Shown here: piece by piece, positions 1 through 14,650 of the stretch
Numbering within the stretch: the first letter of the stretch is position 1
Layout of the letters: each line of letters starts with the position of its first letter
Assembly (NCBI RefSeq): GCF_009914755.1
Contig: NC_060929.1
DNA from: the human T2T-CHM13v2.0 reference genome, Homo sapiens
DNA length: 64,000 bases
Direction: 5' to 3' (one strand)
The notes under the pieces: generated by a model
Seen by the model: the letters and a program-made list of their open reading frames with translations, nothing else
Database searches by the model: none
What the model was told of the DNA's origin: nothing
Made by a program: the position numbers and the translations under genes

Positions 1-450
1 TCCCCTCCCCCCAGTCCCTGTCAACCACCATTCTACTTTCTGTTTCTACGAATTGGACTATTCTAGGTACCTCGTATAAGTAGACTCATACAGTATTTGT
101 CTTTTGGCGACTGGCTTCTTTCATTTAGCGTAATGTTTTCAAGGCTTATCCGTGTTGTAACATTTGTCAGAATTTCCTTCCTTTTTAAAGCTTGATAATA
201 TTCCATTGTATGCACATTCTGCATTTGGTTTATCCATTCATCTGTTGATGAATGAGTGCCTTTTGCCTCTTGTCTACTGTACATAATGCTGCTGTGAACA
301 TGGGAACATGGGAGTGCAGATGTCTTCTCAAGATCCTGCTTTTAATTCTTCTGGGTGTATAAAATGTGGGATCGCTGGATCACATACTTCTCTTTGAATT
401 CTTTGAGGAGCCCCCACAATGTTTCCAAAGTGGCTACACCATTTTTCATT
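1..450 (-). mobile_element. Ancient LINE-1 3' fragment (L1MB-like), cut by the window edge
   Basis: Matches the antisense L1M 3' region (ctggcttctttcatttagcgtaatgttttcaagg...). The minus ORF 63-284 (STDEWINQM..HTMEYY.ALKRKEIL) resembles the L1 ORF2p C-terminus. Confidence 0.9.
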
Positions 451-2729
451 TAGGGCTCCCTTCTTTTTAAAGGAGGAGTTCATAACTTCTGATATCAGTC
501 AGGGCTGAGCGGACTCTCTGAGCTTCTGAACCCCCTTTGCCTCCAGAGCTGGTCAAGGCTCATCTTTCCATTGGTCCTCAGTGGAGAAAGAGGCAGCTGT
601 CCTCACATACGGACACCGTTAATGGACAAGGTAATAATCTTGCAGAGTAATTGCACCATAATGTGAGGTCCAAGCATAGAATGAACTCACCTACCCAGCA
701 GCATTTCTCTTGCTTGATTGCCAGCTGATATCTGTTTCTGCCAGAGAAGTCTGTCCCTGTGTCTGGGAACCCTGCTCCATTTGAGAGCTTGCTTCAGCTA
801 TGTCATGCCCTTAGCACTGATGATATCATGACCCTTGATTTCCAGTAGGATCTCATTAAATTTCCTTTTTGCTGACCCTCCAAGGCTGACCCCTACCTAT
901 CTCTACTACTGCCACAGCATCTGTGATGACATTAATGTCCCTGGAGGGAGATTCCTCTTCGCCTTAGAAATGCCATTTTAGAAACCCTTGAGTTATGCCC
1001 TGGGAAGGAGGAAGGAGCTCTGCCATCAGGATGAATTAGGCCTTCTTTACCTGGGGGGAGGGGAGGCAAACGAATTAAAAGCTAGAGAAACATGAGATAT
1101 CTTTCCCCAACAAATGCCAAAAGGCTGAGAATCTCATAATGTTAGACATCTTTTAGAATGGGATACTTTATAGGACAATTCAGGGTTTGGGGCCTTTCAA
1201 AAATGGCACATTTGCCCATGTAATCTGATCAATGCAAGAGGAAATAGCAGACCTGGAGGTTATGCTGAATTGCCAGAGAATTTTGTACCTGGGACGCTCA
1301 AAGACATCTCAGTCTGGCCCACCTTTCTGACAAGTCAGACCTGACAGTTTCCAAGACAGCTCATCCTTCAGTTGAGGCCTCGTAAAACCAGGTTAGAAAC
1401 TGACCCACTCACACAATCTTTTAGAACCCACAGCAGCAAGTTTGAAATAGGCAAATTGTTATGCTTTTCCTGATCCTGGGGGCTCTGTATACACTGTATC
1501 TCACAAAGACTAAAAATCCCTAGCATGTGGCTTTCTGCTCAGGGAGGGTGTAGGTCCTAACATGAGTATGAGGTGGGGATGTGTATCCACCAGTCCTGCC
1601 TCAGTTTCAGTTCCCAAGTGCCTCTGACAGGGCGAGCATCTTCCTATAGCAAATGTGCTTTTCACATTTAAAGACATGTATTTTTTATTTAACCTGGTCC
1701 CTGAAATGCACTGAGGAAAGAGCCATTGGTTCCAGTACTGGAAGAAAAGCTGTTTGTGCAGGATTTTTCAGAAAGCATGTGTCAGTCTCCAGCATGGAGC
1801 CCTCTTAAGGGGATGTAAGCATAAATTTCATGTGACTTCTGCCTGCTGATTGGATTGGACTTTAGAACAGATGCTTCATGTTAGTTTCAACTGCTGAAAT
1901 CAGCTGTGCGACTCTCATTGTTATTTGGTTGTCCTGAAGCTCAGTTTTCTAATCTATGTATGGAGAATTGCACCAGGTGATCTCAGATATTCCTTTAAAA
2001 TTCTGTGAATCCACTTGAGTAGGAGATGGAGGAGCTATAGGCAATATCATTGCAAGAGCACTGCTGAAGAGCTTCTGCCCTTTCTTTCTTTTATCCCCTC
2101 CTTGCATATGCCTTCTAGATAAGCAAAAGGGAGAGTCCTCAATGAGAATACACACTAAATAGCTTTAAATATGGGGTCAAGGGGTCTTCCAGCATCTGCA
2201 GAGTCTCGTTGTTAGATGATTCATTGTTCCTTCTGTTAGAAAAAGTCTTCTTGACATTCATCCCGACTTGCCCCCCATCCCCTTCACCTCTTCATCTAAA
2301 TCCTCTCCACAAAGACTCTGTGGAACTAACCTACTTGCTTAGTGTGCATCTTGGTGTGGTGTTTTGGTACACTGCATGTGTGTTTGTGCACATATTAGTA
2401 CCTTCATATTGCATCCCTGCTTTGTTATGAAGTCGATATCAACACCCTGGTGTGTTCTACAACGCCAAAAAGACCAGTGTTGTGAGTGAGGCCAATGTAA
2501 TTTGGTGAACTATGATTTATGCAAACTATTTACAGGTTAAATGGGAGAATGAAGGAAATGGTTAGCAAAGACAAATTGTCAGTGCACACATTCTTCCTTT
2601 TTTGATTGACTCATAATAAGCCATGCATTTATTGCAAAAGAATGTTCATTTTCTCCATAGTAGGAAAATTTCTTCTCAACTTTCTCTTTCTCTTTTTTCT
2701 TTCTCCTTGTTCCTCTTCCTATTTTCAGA

Positions 2730-3165
<436 letters not shown>

Positions 3166-3299
3166 AAATATGTCACATTTGGAGACTAAATATGTGAGGC
3201 GACATGGCCAGGGGAAATTAAGAGTGCAGATGAAATTAAGGTTGCTAAGCCGCCGGCCTTGAGGTGCAGAATTATCCAAATTATTAATGTGGATCTGAC

Positions 3300-4408
<1,109 letters not shown>

Positions 4409-7400
4409 TTACAAGCTGGAAAAGGTGAGAAAATTCTTCCCTGTACCCTCCAGAAAGGAATGCAGCCCTTCTGATGCTATGATTTTAGTCCATTGTAGCC
4501 AGTGTCAGACTTCCACAGAATCATAAGATAATAAATTTGGTTTGTTTTAAGCCATTAAGTTTGTAGTAATTTGTTACAGCAGCAATATAAAACTAATACA
4601 GTATCTATAAAATCCAGTCAATAATAGTAACGTAGAATGATCACTAAGACAATGCAAGTAACATACATTACTTAATACTTATCAAATACTCAGTATATAG
4701 ATGCTATTATTTTCAGTCCTCCTCCCAACTTTCCATACCTTCTTCCTTCAAAGTCAAGAATGATGGTACATTGGTGGCCCCACTGCAAATCCTTCTATGA
4801 ATGAGCCTGCCAGCAGTAACTCTCCCAGAGCCAGTTGACAGCAGGAGAAATAACAATCCTTTCAAATCCATTTGGCCAGGGCTGAATGTCTGGCAGTTTT
4901 CTAAAGGGATTTTCATTTTTAAATTAAAGTGATAGATCTACCTGTCTGTATCTTTATGACTGTGGAAGCAAGCTTCTGGCCAAAGAACCAACTTTGCTTT
5001 TTCTATGTATTCATTTCTATTTTAATTTGTATATTACAGAACAAGCCATGGGTATCTCAGCTTTAAAGCAATGCCTTGTCTTTAAAACTACATGGGGAGA
5101 ACAACAGCTCATATCATGGACAAGTTTAATGAAAAGAGATGGAATTTCCAGGAGGGTAGAAAATAGATCCAACAGTTTCTGGGAAACTTCTCTCTTGGCT
5201 CTGAGCCTAACCACCAGGCTCAATACCCACTCCCCCTCTTTTTGCAGTTACCCCAATATTACAAGAAATTGCCCAATTCTAAGGACTTTCAAAACTTTAA
5301 TGCCCAGTCTAGTTCCATGTGCCTTAGGTTTAAAAAAACAAAAGGACAAATCCTTAGAAGAATAACTTGTCTCCCATGAGTAATACAAAAAAAATTGATG
5401 TAACATTTATGGTTAAGACTATGTGCATAAAAGTCAGAAAAGCTTTATTTATGTCCTGCACAGCTGTTGTAAGGTACTTGTCTCTCTCTGGTTATTTGGA
5501 GATTATCATATAGGCAGTTAACCTTAATGCTATGCTAGCACTCACTTGGGTGCCTCTAATGCCAATTATACCTCACCATTTGCATTTGTTGTCTCTGGCA
5601 CAGATGATAAAAAGAGAAAGAGAAGTATTGTTGATTGTACATTCAAATTAACACAGCATTCACAGGGACTTGGGTGTGGTGGCAGATGCAAATCAAAAAG
5701 TCTGGTTCTTGATGGGTTGGGGATAGAAGTGGAGAGCTGCAGGCTAATCTACGTGGGGGATTTCTTTTTTCTTTTTGGATGGGTCAAATGTTTCAATTCC
5801 TTTCATGCTACTGATACATGCAGGTGCATGTTCATGCAAGAGCAGCATTTCAGAGACAGGTGTGATGATTTTTACATTTTATTCCTGGTTTTTTTTTTTT
5901 TCAATAAGGAGAAGCAATAAAAAAAGTCTCTCAAGATCATTTGCTTCTTTCCCCCATCAGCAGCCTATTTAGAGGGCTGTCAGAGTCACAAGGGACTCCT
6001 CATCTCTAGTCCCAGTCCATGCAATCCTTATTTGCATTTGCACACCGTGTTCCATATCTGGGACCCATAGAGAAGGCAGGAGGGAGCCAACTAGGACGAG
6101 TCAGGGAAGTAGATAGCAAAAGTGAGGAAAGACTTTGGAAATGAGCCATACCTGGAAGGTGTATGGGAATGGGATGCAATTGTATAGAAAGTGAAGAGCT
6201 TTTGTGATGAGGGCCTAATTATAAACTGGAGGGAGAAGAGGGTGTTTAGCGTGTATTGTCTGAGGGGCAGAGCACATTCATGCTCACTCTGTCCTCCAGG
6301 AGACCTAGCCAGAAGAAAAGGACTTCCATGGCAGGAGAATGGGTGGAGTTGAGACATAAAGACTTTCCTGACCATAAGGATTGAGAAAGATTGCTTCAAT
6401 TCTTTTTCCAGACCATTAATATACTGTGTATTTTAGATGAGCAGTTTTCTTTCCATTCTGTCAGAACGCATTTCAAACTAGATATAGGCAATGAATTGGT
6501 CTCTCAATAACCCTTCCAAACTTTTCAGCCAGAGCATGCATTCTATCATGTTTAACTTTTAAAAAGATTATATACATATATTTCTTAACTAAAGGAAAGT
6601 AGAACATTTTACCAACACAACACACTGAAATATTTTATTATCTTCATTTTAAGAAAAGGGAAACCAAAACCTTAAAAACTTAAATATTCTTCCTGCTGTC
6701 CCCTACTCCAACATGTAAGCAGAATAAAAAAAAATTTGTGCAGGCATAGAATTTTCTATCATTGACTCTAGATTTGAGCTCTGTAAGTGGAGGCAAATAT
6801 AAAATATAACTTAAATTTTAAAATTACCATACCTAAATCTTTCTTAGTTATAATCACCTCTATATCAAATTATTTTCTTTTGCTAAGAATGAGTAATATT
6901 CAAGGCAATCTTACAGCTAACCATTTCCTCTTTTCCAAGACAAATCACAATACCTGAATGGTAAAATCAATATTGTTCATTTCAATCATGTTGCTGATTA
7001 TGGAGGGATATAAGATAGAGGGATAGGTTCTGAGATGGTGGGAAGGCTGGTAAAACTCGAGGTGTTCAGAAAAATGATGTACCTAGTGTAAGATAATATA
7101 AAGGGTTTGTTTTTAAAAGTGGCTGAGCTTCAAAATCAAGTCAGCACTTACTTATTAAGTCCCCATTGTGTATTTTCAGAAAAAAAAAAAAGTATAGCTG
7201 CTGCTATTAGAAATCTCAGTCTGTGAAACAACTGAAGGCCAATCCAGGATTCGATTCAGGGGATAGGCTGGAAGAATTGCCTCTTCTTCCTGCTCTGCAC
7301 TTATAACTACAGTGTTACAACATTATATAGATTTGCCTCCCTGCCATGAAAATCGGAATGCAGTGGCCCTTTGCTTCCAAAACAAATATGAGTTTAGTTT

Positions 7401-8799
7401 CCCAGCATTTCCCGTCTTTTCCAGGAGCTCGGTTTTGAACAAGATTAAACATGCACACAGCTGAAATCAAGCTGGGTACTATGGAAATGTTGAAAGAGTG
7501 GACTTAAATCCTAGCTCCTCAGGACGGTCTAGATTCATTCCACAGCAAATATTCCTCACAGCTGCTGCTCTTCTGGTAAACAGAAGAGAGAAGAAGAAAT
7601 AAGTTATTATCTGCCTGTTTAAACTGTCCCAAACTGAGAGACTAACACGTAGTACGGGTGACATGCAGCATGAGTTTCTTTTTCTACAGGATTTTGTTTG
7701 TTTTGTTTTAGTTTTACCTGACTGGAACTTGCCTTCTGGGGACCTTAAGTTCTAAATGAAGAAAAAATAATTTTATTTATTAAAGATTCAATTTTGCTTC
7801 TAAGAGTTTAATCAGAGTCTCTTTCTCCAACTTGAATTCCCCATTCACCAAGATTCCTTGTACTGTTGGTAACTGTCATATAAGAGAACCGTTTTTATAT
7901 CTAGCAAGACCTCTTTGTCATCTTTAAGGATAAGATTGATTAAGAGAGAAGAGAACCAGGCAATGTGCATTTGGGAACTTATTATTACTCTCAAAGTTCT
8001 GGTTGTCTGAACCTCTGAAAGATGACTGATGCCCCGATCTCAGCTCAAAATACACAGAGACATCGTGTTTGGTGGAAGACACCTCAGAGATCTGCTGACT
8101 AGCCTCTTCATTTATTATAATTGAGAAAGCTGAGGTAAAGGGGGCATCATATTCTTTCAGCATTTTCCTTAGAGTGATTTAGTTTTGCTTCCCACTATGT
8201 GACTTAAATGACTCAAGAAGTCTTGCAAACAGATGTGCGCAGGTAGCAAATCCATGACTAGCATGGCTACCAGCACTGACCACAGAGCAACAGAGAAGGC
8301 AAATGAGGTGGTCATCGTTGAATTCAGTTTAGAGGTCAGAATAAGGGCATTCTTATCATAGATTGCTGAAGGAAAATGATATATCCGCAAAGTCACTACT
8401 CTACAATAGGTTATTTTTAAGGTCCCATAAAAAAAGCCCATGATTTAGAAACAAGGCTAGATTGCGAAGTACTCTTATTTTAAGAGGTTCCCAGGCATTT
8501 GGTGGTGCTCTTGATCCCCACATCCTGGGTTTTGAATGATTTTTCCCAAGCAAAAAATTGGCTTGCCTACATGTGTGAGCCACCATATCTTTTTTTTTTT
8601 TTTTTTTTTTTTTGGCCAATAGTCATATCTACTGTTACTGCAGGACCTGAGATTCAAGCACAATAAGAGGCTATACCAGGCTGACAGAGAAGGACAAGAA
8701 GTGGTAGTCAACAGAGATCCTGTGGCTGAGCTAGCAGGAAGCCACAGAGCAGCAAAAGAGTGGGGTCTGATCCGGCCTTGCTATTCACTGTATCTTCTA

Positions 8800-9020
8800 C
8801 AAACAGCATCTGCCTCTTTTGGGAGCTCTGTAGAAAGGCAGAACTTGCATTTTAACAAGCTCTTCAGGCGATTCTTATGCACATTAAACTTTGAGGAGTA
8901 GTGCCTGGTCCCACTCCCAGAGAGTCTGATTTAATAGGTTGGGTTTGTGGCCTGGGCACAAAGACTTCGAAAAGCTCCCCAGGGGATTCTAAAGTGCAGT
9001 GGTGGTTGAGAACCACTGCC
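8800..9020. mobile_element. MER5-type hAT-Charlie MITE fragments
   Basis: MER5 motifs ttgcattttaacaagctcttcaggcgattcttatgcacattaaactttgag and aagctccccaggggattctaaagtgcag...ggttgagaaccactg. Confidence 0.75.
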
Positions 9021-9325
9021 CTGGAGCTTGAGGTTATGGCCACAAGCACTGGATATGAGAAAGCAATGGGCAAATGAGCTTGACCTGAGTAAGGGCAGCT
9101 TATATTCTTGTTCTGTTTTTGATGCAGAAATCTCCATAGGAATTTAGAGAAAGGGCTTCTTCAAAAGAAAATAATGGAGAGAAAGCAAACCCAAGAAGAG
9201 CTGGGGAAGCAGACAGGGAAAGGTCTCTGCAAACAACAGTAGCTGGGATTCAATGAATTCATACATGCAAAGAAGTTAGAACAGTGGCTCACACATAATA
9301 AAGGCTTTATAAATGTAGGCATGTT

Positions 9326-9627
<302 letters not shown>

Positions 9628-9699
9628 AGGCATGTTTTTGTTATTGGTATTCATGGAAGATATGGGCTTGAATAGAGAGATACTAGACAATACTGGTCT

Positions 9700-9880
9700 T
9701 CATTTAGTATCTCCTAGGTGCCCAGCCCTTTATATTCATTATCTCATGTAATCCTCATAAAAGTCCTTTCAAGAGAGTATTATTATACCCATTTAGCAGG
9801 TAAGAAAACTGAGACTTACAGAGATGAAACATACTACCCAAGGTCACAGTTCAAACCCAGATCTTCTTGAGTCTAAAGCA
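9700..9880 (-). mobile_element. MIR SINE
   Basis: MIR core tattatacccatttagcaggtaagaaaactgagac...cccaaggtcacag. Confidence 0.85.
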
Positions 9881-10726
9881 CCATTTAACTTCAACCAGGA
9901 GGAAGGTTATCGTTGTCGTCCCCAAGAATGTGGAGATTACCATGTGGTTGGAGAGTAGAAAATGGAGGGGAAGTAGGAATGATCTTGATAAATCCCAAAT
10001 GCTATGTGTTTACTAGGTCCTGCTTCCTCCCAGTTCCCAGGCTCTCATCCAGACTGCTGCCCAAAAAGCAGTTATAAATTATTGCCTTTGGAATAAAGCA
10101 AAACTCAGTCATGCCAGCAAAGCTCATGGCTCTATTCAAAGGAGACATCTTGCCCCTCCCTGGCTTAGCACATTAAGGCTGCACTCCAGCTAGTAAGCCT
10201 CCCCAGCCAATTGCAAAGGAGGGTGGAAAAGTTGAGAATTACAAAGGGGTGAATACTGAGCCCAACACATTTTATTACCAAACTGTTAGAATTAGAAGAG
10301 GGTGTATATCAGATGGGCTAAGAAAACACTAGTAAGCACTTGGACTGCGGAACTGCAAAAGGATTTGCAGTAACAAAGTCTGATAAGACGTAGCTAGTAT
10401 GGATTTGTGAGGGCAGGCCTAGCTTGAAAGAACTCACTGGGTTTGTTTTAGTTTTTTTTTTTTTTTTAGAGGAATTACTGTTACAGGAGATAAAAGGAAA
10501 AAAAGGCTAGGATTATATTTACCTAAAATGACAAAACATTATTTGATAAGGTTGTACCTTAAAGTCAATTGCACCAGGTAAGAAATTCTGGTAGGGGGCA
10601 ACTGAGCTTAACGGGAAGATAAAATGCTCCCCAAACAGGAAACAAAAAAAGGGGAAATAAAAGGTAGCATCTTCAGCTGGAAAAAAAAAAAATCTACCCG
10701 TGAGCCTTCTCCTTCCTAATTCTTCT

Positions 10727-10850
10727 TTCAATAGCTATTTATGGGATGTCTCTGTTGTGCCAGGCATATCTCAGTGTCATAGGCACTGAGATAATCAGTG
10801 AACCAAAGAGACAAAAACCTCTGTCCTCCTGGAGTTTGCATTGTAGTGGG
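10727..10850 (-). mobile_element. LINE-2 3' end fragment
   Basis: tgtgccaggca...taggcactgagata...gtgaac...ctgtcctcctggagtttgcattgtagtggg resembles the antisense L2 3' end. Confidence 0.7.
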
Positions 10851-11086
10851 CATACAATAACCTGTGTACCCAATGCTGTTCAATTTGGGGCATGAACTTC
10901 TATGTCATAAACGCAACTGTATCCCTGAAATGTTGCCACAGTTCACTTAAGAAGAATCAAATGCAAATAGTTGGACAAACTCTAGAATTATTTGTCAGAA
11001 ATGTCTCCTACCCCACCAGAGGCTACATGGCAAGTCTTCTTGAATTCCTTCATTTCCAGGTTATAATTAAGGGATACTTAAAAATA

Positions 11087-11416
11087 CAGTTGTCCCTTGG
11101 TATCCTTGGGGAATTGGTTCTAGGACCTCCCACAATACCCAAGTCCAGTGATGCTCAAGTCCCTGATATAAAATGGTGTAGTATTTGCATATAACCTATA
11201 CATTCTCTCCTATACTTTAAATCATCGTTAGATTTCTTATAATACCTAATACATTGTAAATGCTATGTAAATACTTGCTATAATATATTGTTTAGGAAAT
11301 AAGAACAAGAAAAAAAAAGTCTGTACATGTTCAGTAATGTTTTCATTTTGCATATTTTTGATCTGTGGTGGGTTGAATCCTTGGATGCGGAACCCACAGA
11401 TAGAAAGGACCAGTGG
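11087..11416. mobile_element. MER2 (TcMar-Tigger) MITE
   Basis: TA-flanked cagttgtcccttggtatcc... to ...gcggaacccacagatagaaaggaccagtg with a typical MER2 interior. Confidence 0.9.
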
Positions 11417-13328
11417 TATTCAGTCCTTTACATATTGTATTCATGCACCTTTGTCCCATTGGAACTTAAGAGTCCTTGAAGGCAAGAATCATGCCACCTC
11501 TTTTGTTTCCTACATCTCTGGGCTTGTGGGAAACAATTCTCTACCCTGCAAATGTCATTGACTCAGTCACCGGTTTCCATAAACTAGAGGAAACCACAGA
11601 AATAGTCACAACAACATCTCTAAGCAGATGAAAGATTATTACGATAAGACTATGGTAAACAGCTCTCCATCTTCATGGAGGCCAGAAATGGACAAAATGG
11701 ATGTGAAGATTGCTCTGTGCCAACAAAGTTCTATAAGGACATCTGTAGATTTTTTTTTTCTACAGATGCTTAAAATGGAGACAATTCTCACGAGCCAAAG
11801 GAGGTTTGGGGATGGAGGCTCAGGCTCATAAAACCAGATCACGGTAATAATTTCTCATGCCAATTCAAACTTTTGATAGCTACTTTAAAAAGGTGATGTT
11901 AGCACCAGGAATTTGAGTTTATGGCAGATTGTTTGGGAATTAAGCCCTCTAAAGAGGAGACTTCCAGTGAGGCAGGCATGAAGTCTGTCTGGAAGACGGA
12001 GCTTTGGCATGACTGAGCCAGACTATGCAGTGGATTAAGCAAGCTTTGATAAACTATGGTGACCCTGAAGCCCTGCTGGCCAATATAGGATGGCAACTGT
12101 AATGGGGTTCTGAAACCATCCTTAAAGTTAGTCCTGAGAATATCCAGCCTTCACTTTGGAAAAAAATATCCAAAAGAATGTGGATATGATCCACCATTGC
12201 CGTAGAAAAGTAGGCAACAGTACATGGTCTAGCAACTTAAAGCAAACAGATGAGTGCCCCCAAAGACAGAGAGGATTTTCCACCTAGCATTTGTATGGGC
12301 TGTGATAGTGGAAGACACGCAAGACTTCAAGTGATGCTGCTCAGCTCTGAGCCAAGTGTCCAAAGGCGTAACTGTCAAATGTGTGCCTTTTCTCTCTCCC
12401 CCCATCCCTGCTGAACTCCTTGTCCTGCCAAACACCACACACAGTCAGCCGAGCAGTGGAATTCTTGAGAAACTGACACTTCCTTGTTCAGTACACTCAA
12501 GCAGATTTCCTGACCAGTTATGACACTCTGATATCTGTTTGTACCACACTTCAAAACAGCAAGTCTGTCCACAATGATCTTGTCTTTGAAACTGTCCACT
12601 TTAAATATTGCCTTATAATTTTACTGTGTCTACTTTTGAAGACTGAAAACCTCCTAAAACAGGGTATGGGAAGTACATTGCAGTTATGATTGGTGCCCTC
12701 GCCTAGATTACAAGTGTGGAAGTTACTTCTTGAGGCCTCTCTTCTGGGCATCTCATGTATCATGTCTTCCATATATCAGAGGCAGAAATTGGATCCCGAG
12801 TCTTGTAACCCAATGGCTGGTATTCTTTTTGCAATATCATAGTGCTTTCAAAGTTAGCAACATTCTCCTTAAATTCTCTGCTAAATCATAGTGCATTTCT
12901 TAGTTATGTCTGTATAAGCTTAACATTCTCCTCCCTATATATCGATTTTTTTTTTAAGTCTACATTGGCAAGCCATCTTCTGCCCTAAGCCCTAAGATCC
13001 TAGAATCTCATGGCGTTTCACCTTCACAGGACTTTCCTTGTGCCATCCTTCCAGGCCAGGAACAACCATCACTCTGGACCTTTCTGTTCCTGAAGTCATG
13101 GGATGCCTGGGCTGGTGAGGTCCTCAGACATCATCATGCCAAATGACCCCATTTCACATTGGGTAGAAATCAAGTACAAGGAAATACTCAGTTGCACAGG
13201 GCCCATGACTCACAACTTACATCCTTTCTACTTTACCAGGCTGTCTTTTACAACTCCAGTCTCAACTTGAAATTACCCTGAGTACATTCTCTGTGCTCTA
13301 TTCTCTGATTGCCATGATAGAGGTAAAG

Positions 13329-13358
13329 TACCCAGAGAAAAATTACCCAGAGAAAAAT
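13329..13358. repeat. 15-bp tandem duplication
   Basis: tacccagagaaaaat occurs twice, perfectly. Confidence 0.9.
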
Positions 13359-13727
13359 TCTAACTGGTACATTTCCTCAATAATATATTGTCACTCTGAA
13401 ATGACAATGTTTTAACCCAGTAAAATGTGCTACTGCACAGATGAATAGTGTGATTAATGAGTGGTAGGAATTCTGGGTCCTGAGGCAGATGGAAGAGAGT
13501 CTACAGATTGAGTGGCTCTTTTCAATCCTTGGTTCACACCCTTTGGACTTGCAGAGGATTGATAGAGGCCCCCTAAACCAGAGGTTTCCGTGTTACTTCT
13601 TCCTAAATGTAGAGAAGGCATGATGTGCTGGGAAAGGGTAGTGACCCCAGGAATCTCAACTTCTCTTTTGCCAAACATTTGCTGTAGACTTTAGACATGT
13701 CTCTTAATTTCTCTGGGACTACATCAC

Positions 13728-13780
13728 TGGACTTCTATAATGAACTTCTATAATGAACTAGTGTTCATTATAGAAGTCCA
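13728..13780. repeat. Perfect inverted repeat with internal tandem duplication
   Basis: tggacttctataatgaac (13728-13745) and its exact reverse complement gttcattatagaagtcca (13763-13780). ttctataatgaac is duplicated at 13746-13758. Confidence 0.95.
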
Positions 13781-13958
13781 ATGTTGCCAGATCTTCTCAT
13801 ATTTTTTTCCCAAGAAAAATCCCCCAATTCAACGTGAACAGTGTTGATTTTTAATGTTGGCAATTCAAATTTCAACAACAACAACAGAACTTGTGGGGAC
13901 ACAAAACATCCCCTGTCCTCAGGCTGTGAGCAGTCCTGACTGGCCACCAGGAGACCCT
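13778..13958. mobile_element. hAT-Charlie fragment (MER103-like)
   Basis: tgttgccagatcttctcatattttt...tttaatgttggcaattcaaat...cacaaaacat resembles the MER103 consensus. Confidence 0.55.
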
Positions 13959-14454
13959 TATGTGACTAGAGTAGTCTGGAACTCTGTGTCCAAGGAATGT
14001 TGGCAGGTGCTCAGAGGTGTTACAGAGAAAGTCTATGTGCACCTTGGAAGTATGTTTCTGTGCAGGAACAGATAATTACTATACCATAATTTCCCATGCA
14101 GAGGCTAGGGATTCCTGGGAGGGCTCAAGAGATTTAAAATTCCTTACCTGGGTGGTCCAAAGATCTCAGACTGATTGGGATCTACCATGTGCCCAAAGGC
14201 TCCTGGTGCCCACAGTTCAGGGAGCACCTGTTCTTAGATTATAGCTCTGCTTCGAGGAATGTGAAAGTGCCTAGAGGTTATCACTTTACAACCCAGAGAA
14301 AGGAAGAGGATGCCATTCCCTCACTGCTTTTCAGGGGAGAAGCTGGCAACAGCCCAGCAGTGAAACCTGGGCACAGAGAAATCTGTTCAGAGAGGCAAAA
14401 AGACACTGATGGGGTGGGGCCCATAGATAATTAAGGCACTAAGGACCAAGCCCA

Positions 14455-14650
14455 ATAATAATAATGACACTAATCACAGCTACAATTTATTGACCACTGG
14501 CTCTGAGCCAGATACTGTGAGAAGTATTTTACAAGCATGATCTCATTTAATTCCTACAGAGACTCATCGAGGATTAAGTAATTTGCCCAAGGTTACCCAG
14601 TAAGTGGGAGAGCTCAGGTGCAAAACCAAGTGTGCTTAATTTCAAGCCCA
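14455..14650 (-). mobile_element. MIR SINE
   Basis: atttattgaccact...atctcatttaattcct...ttaagtaatttgcccaaggttacccag. Confidence 0.75.

Noticed and set aside
12375-12772. Minus-strand ORFs with plausible-looking composition (DKIIVDRLAVLKCG...)
   Set aside because: No protein family recognised and no convincing splice-site pair. BLASTX/PhyloCSF would settle it.
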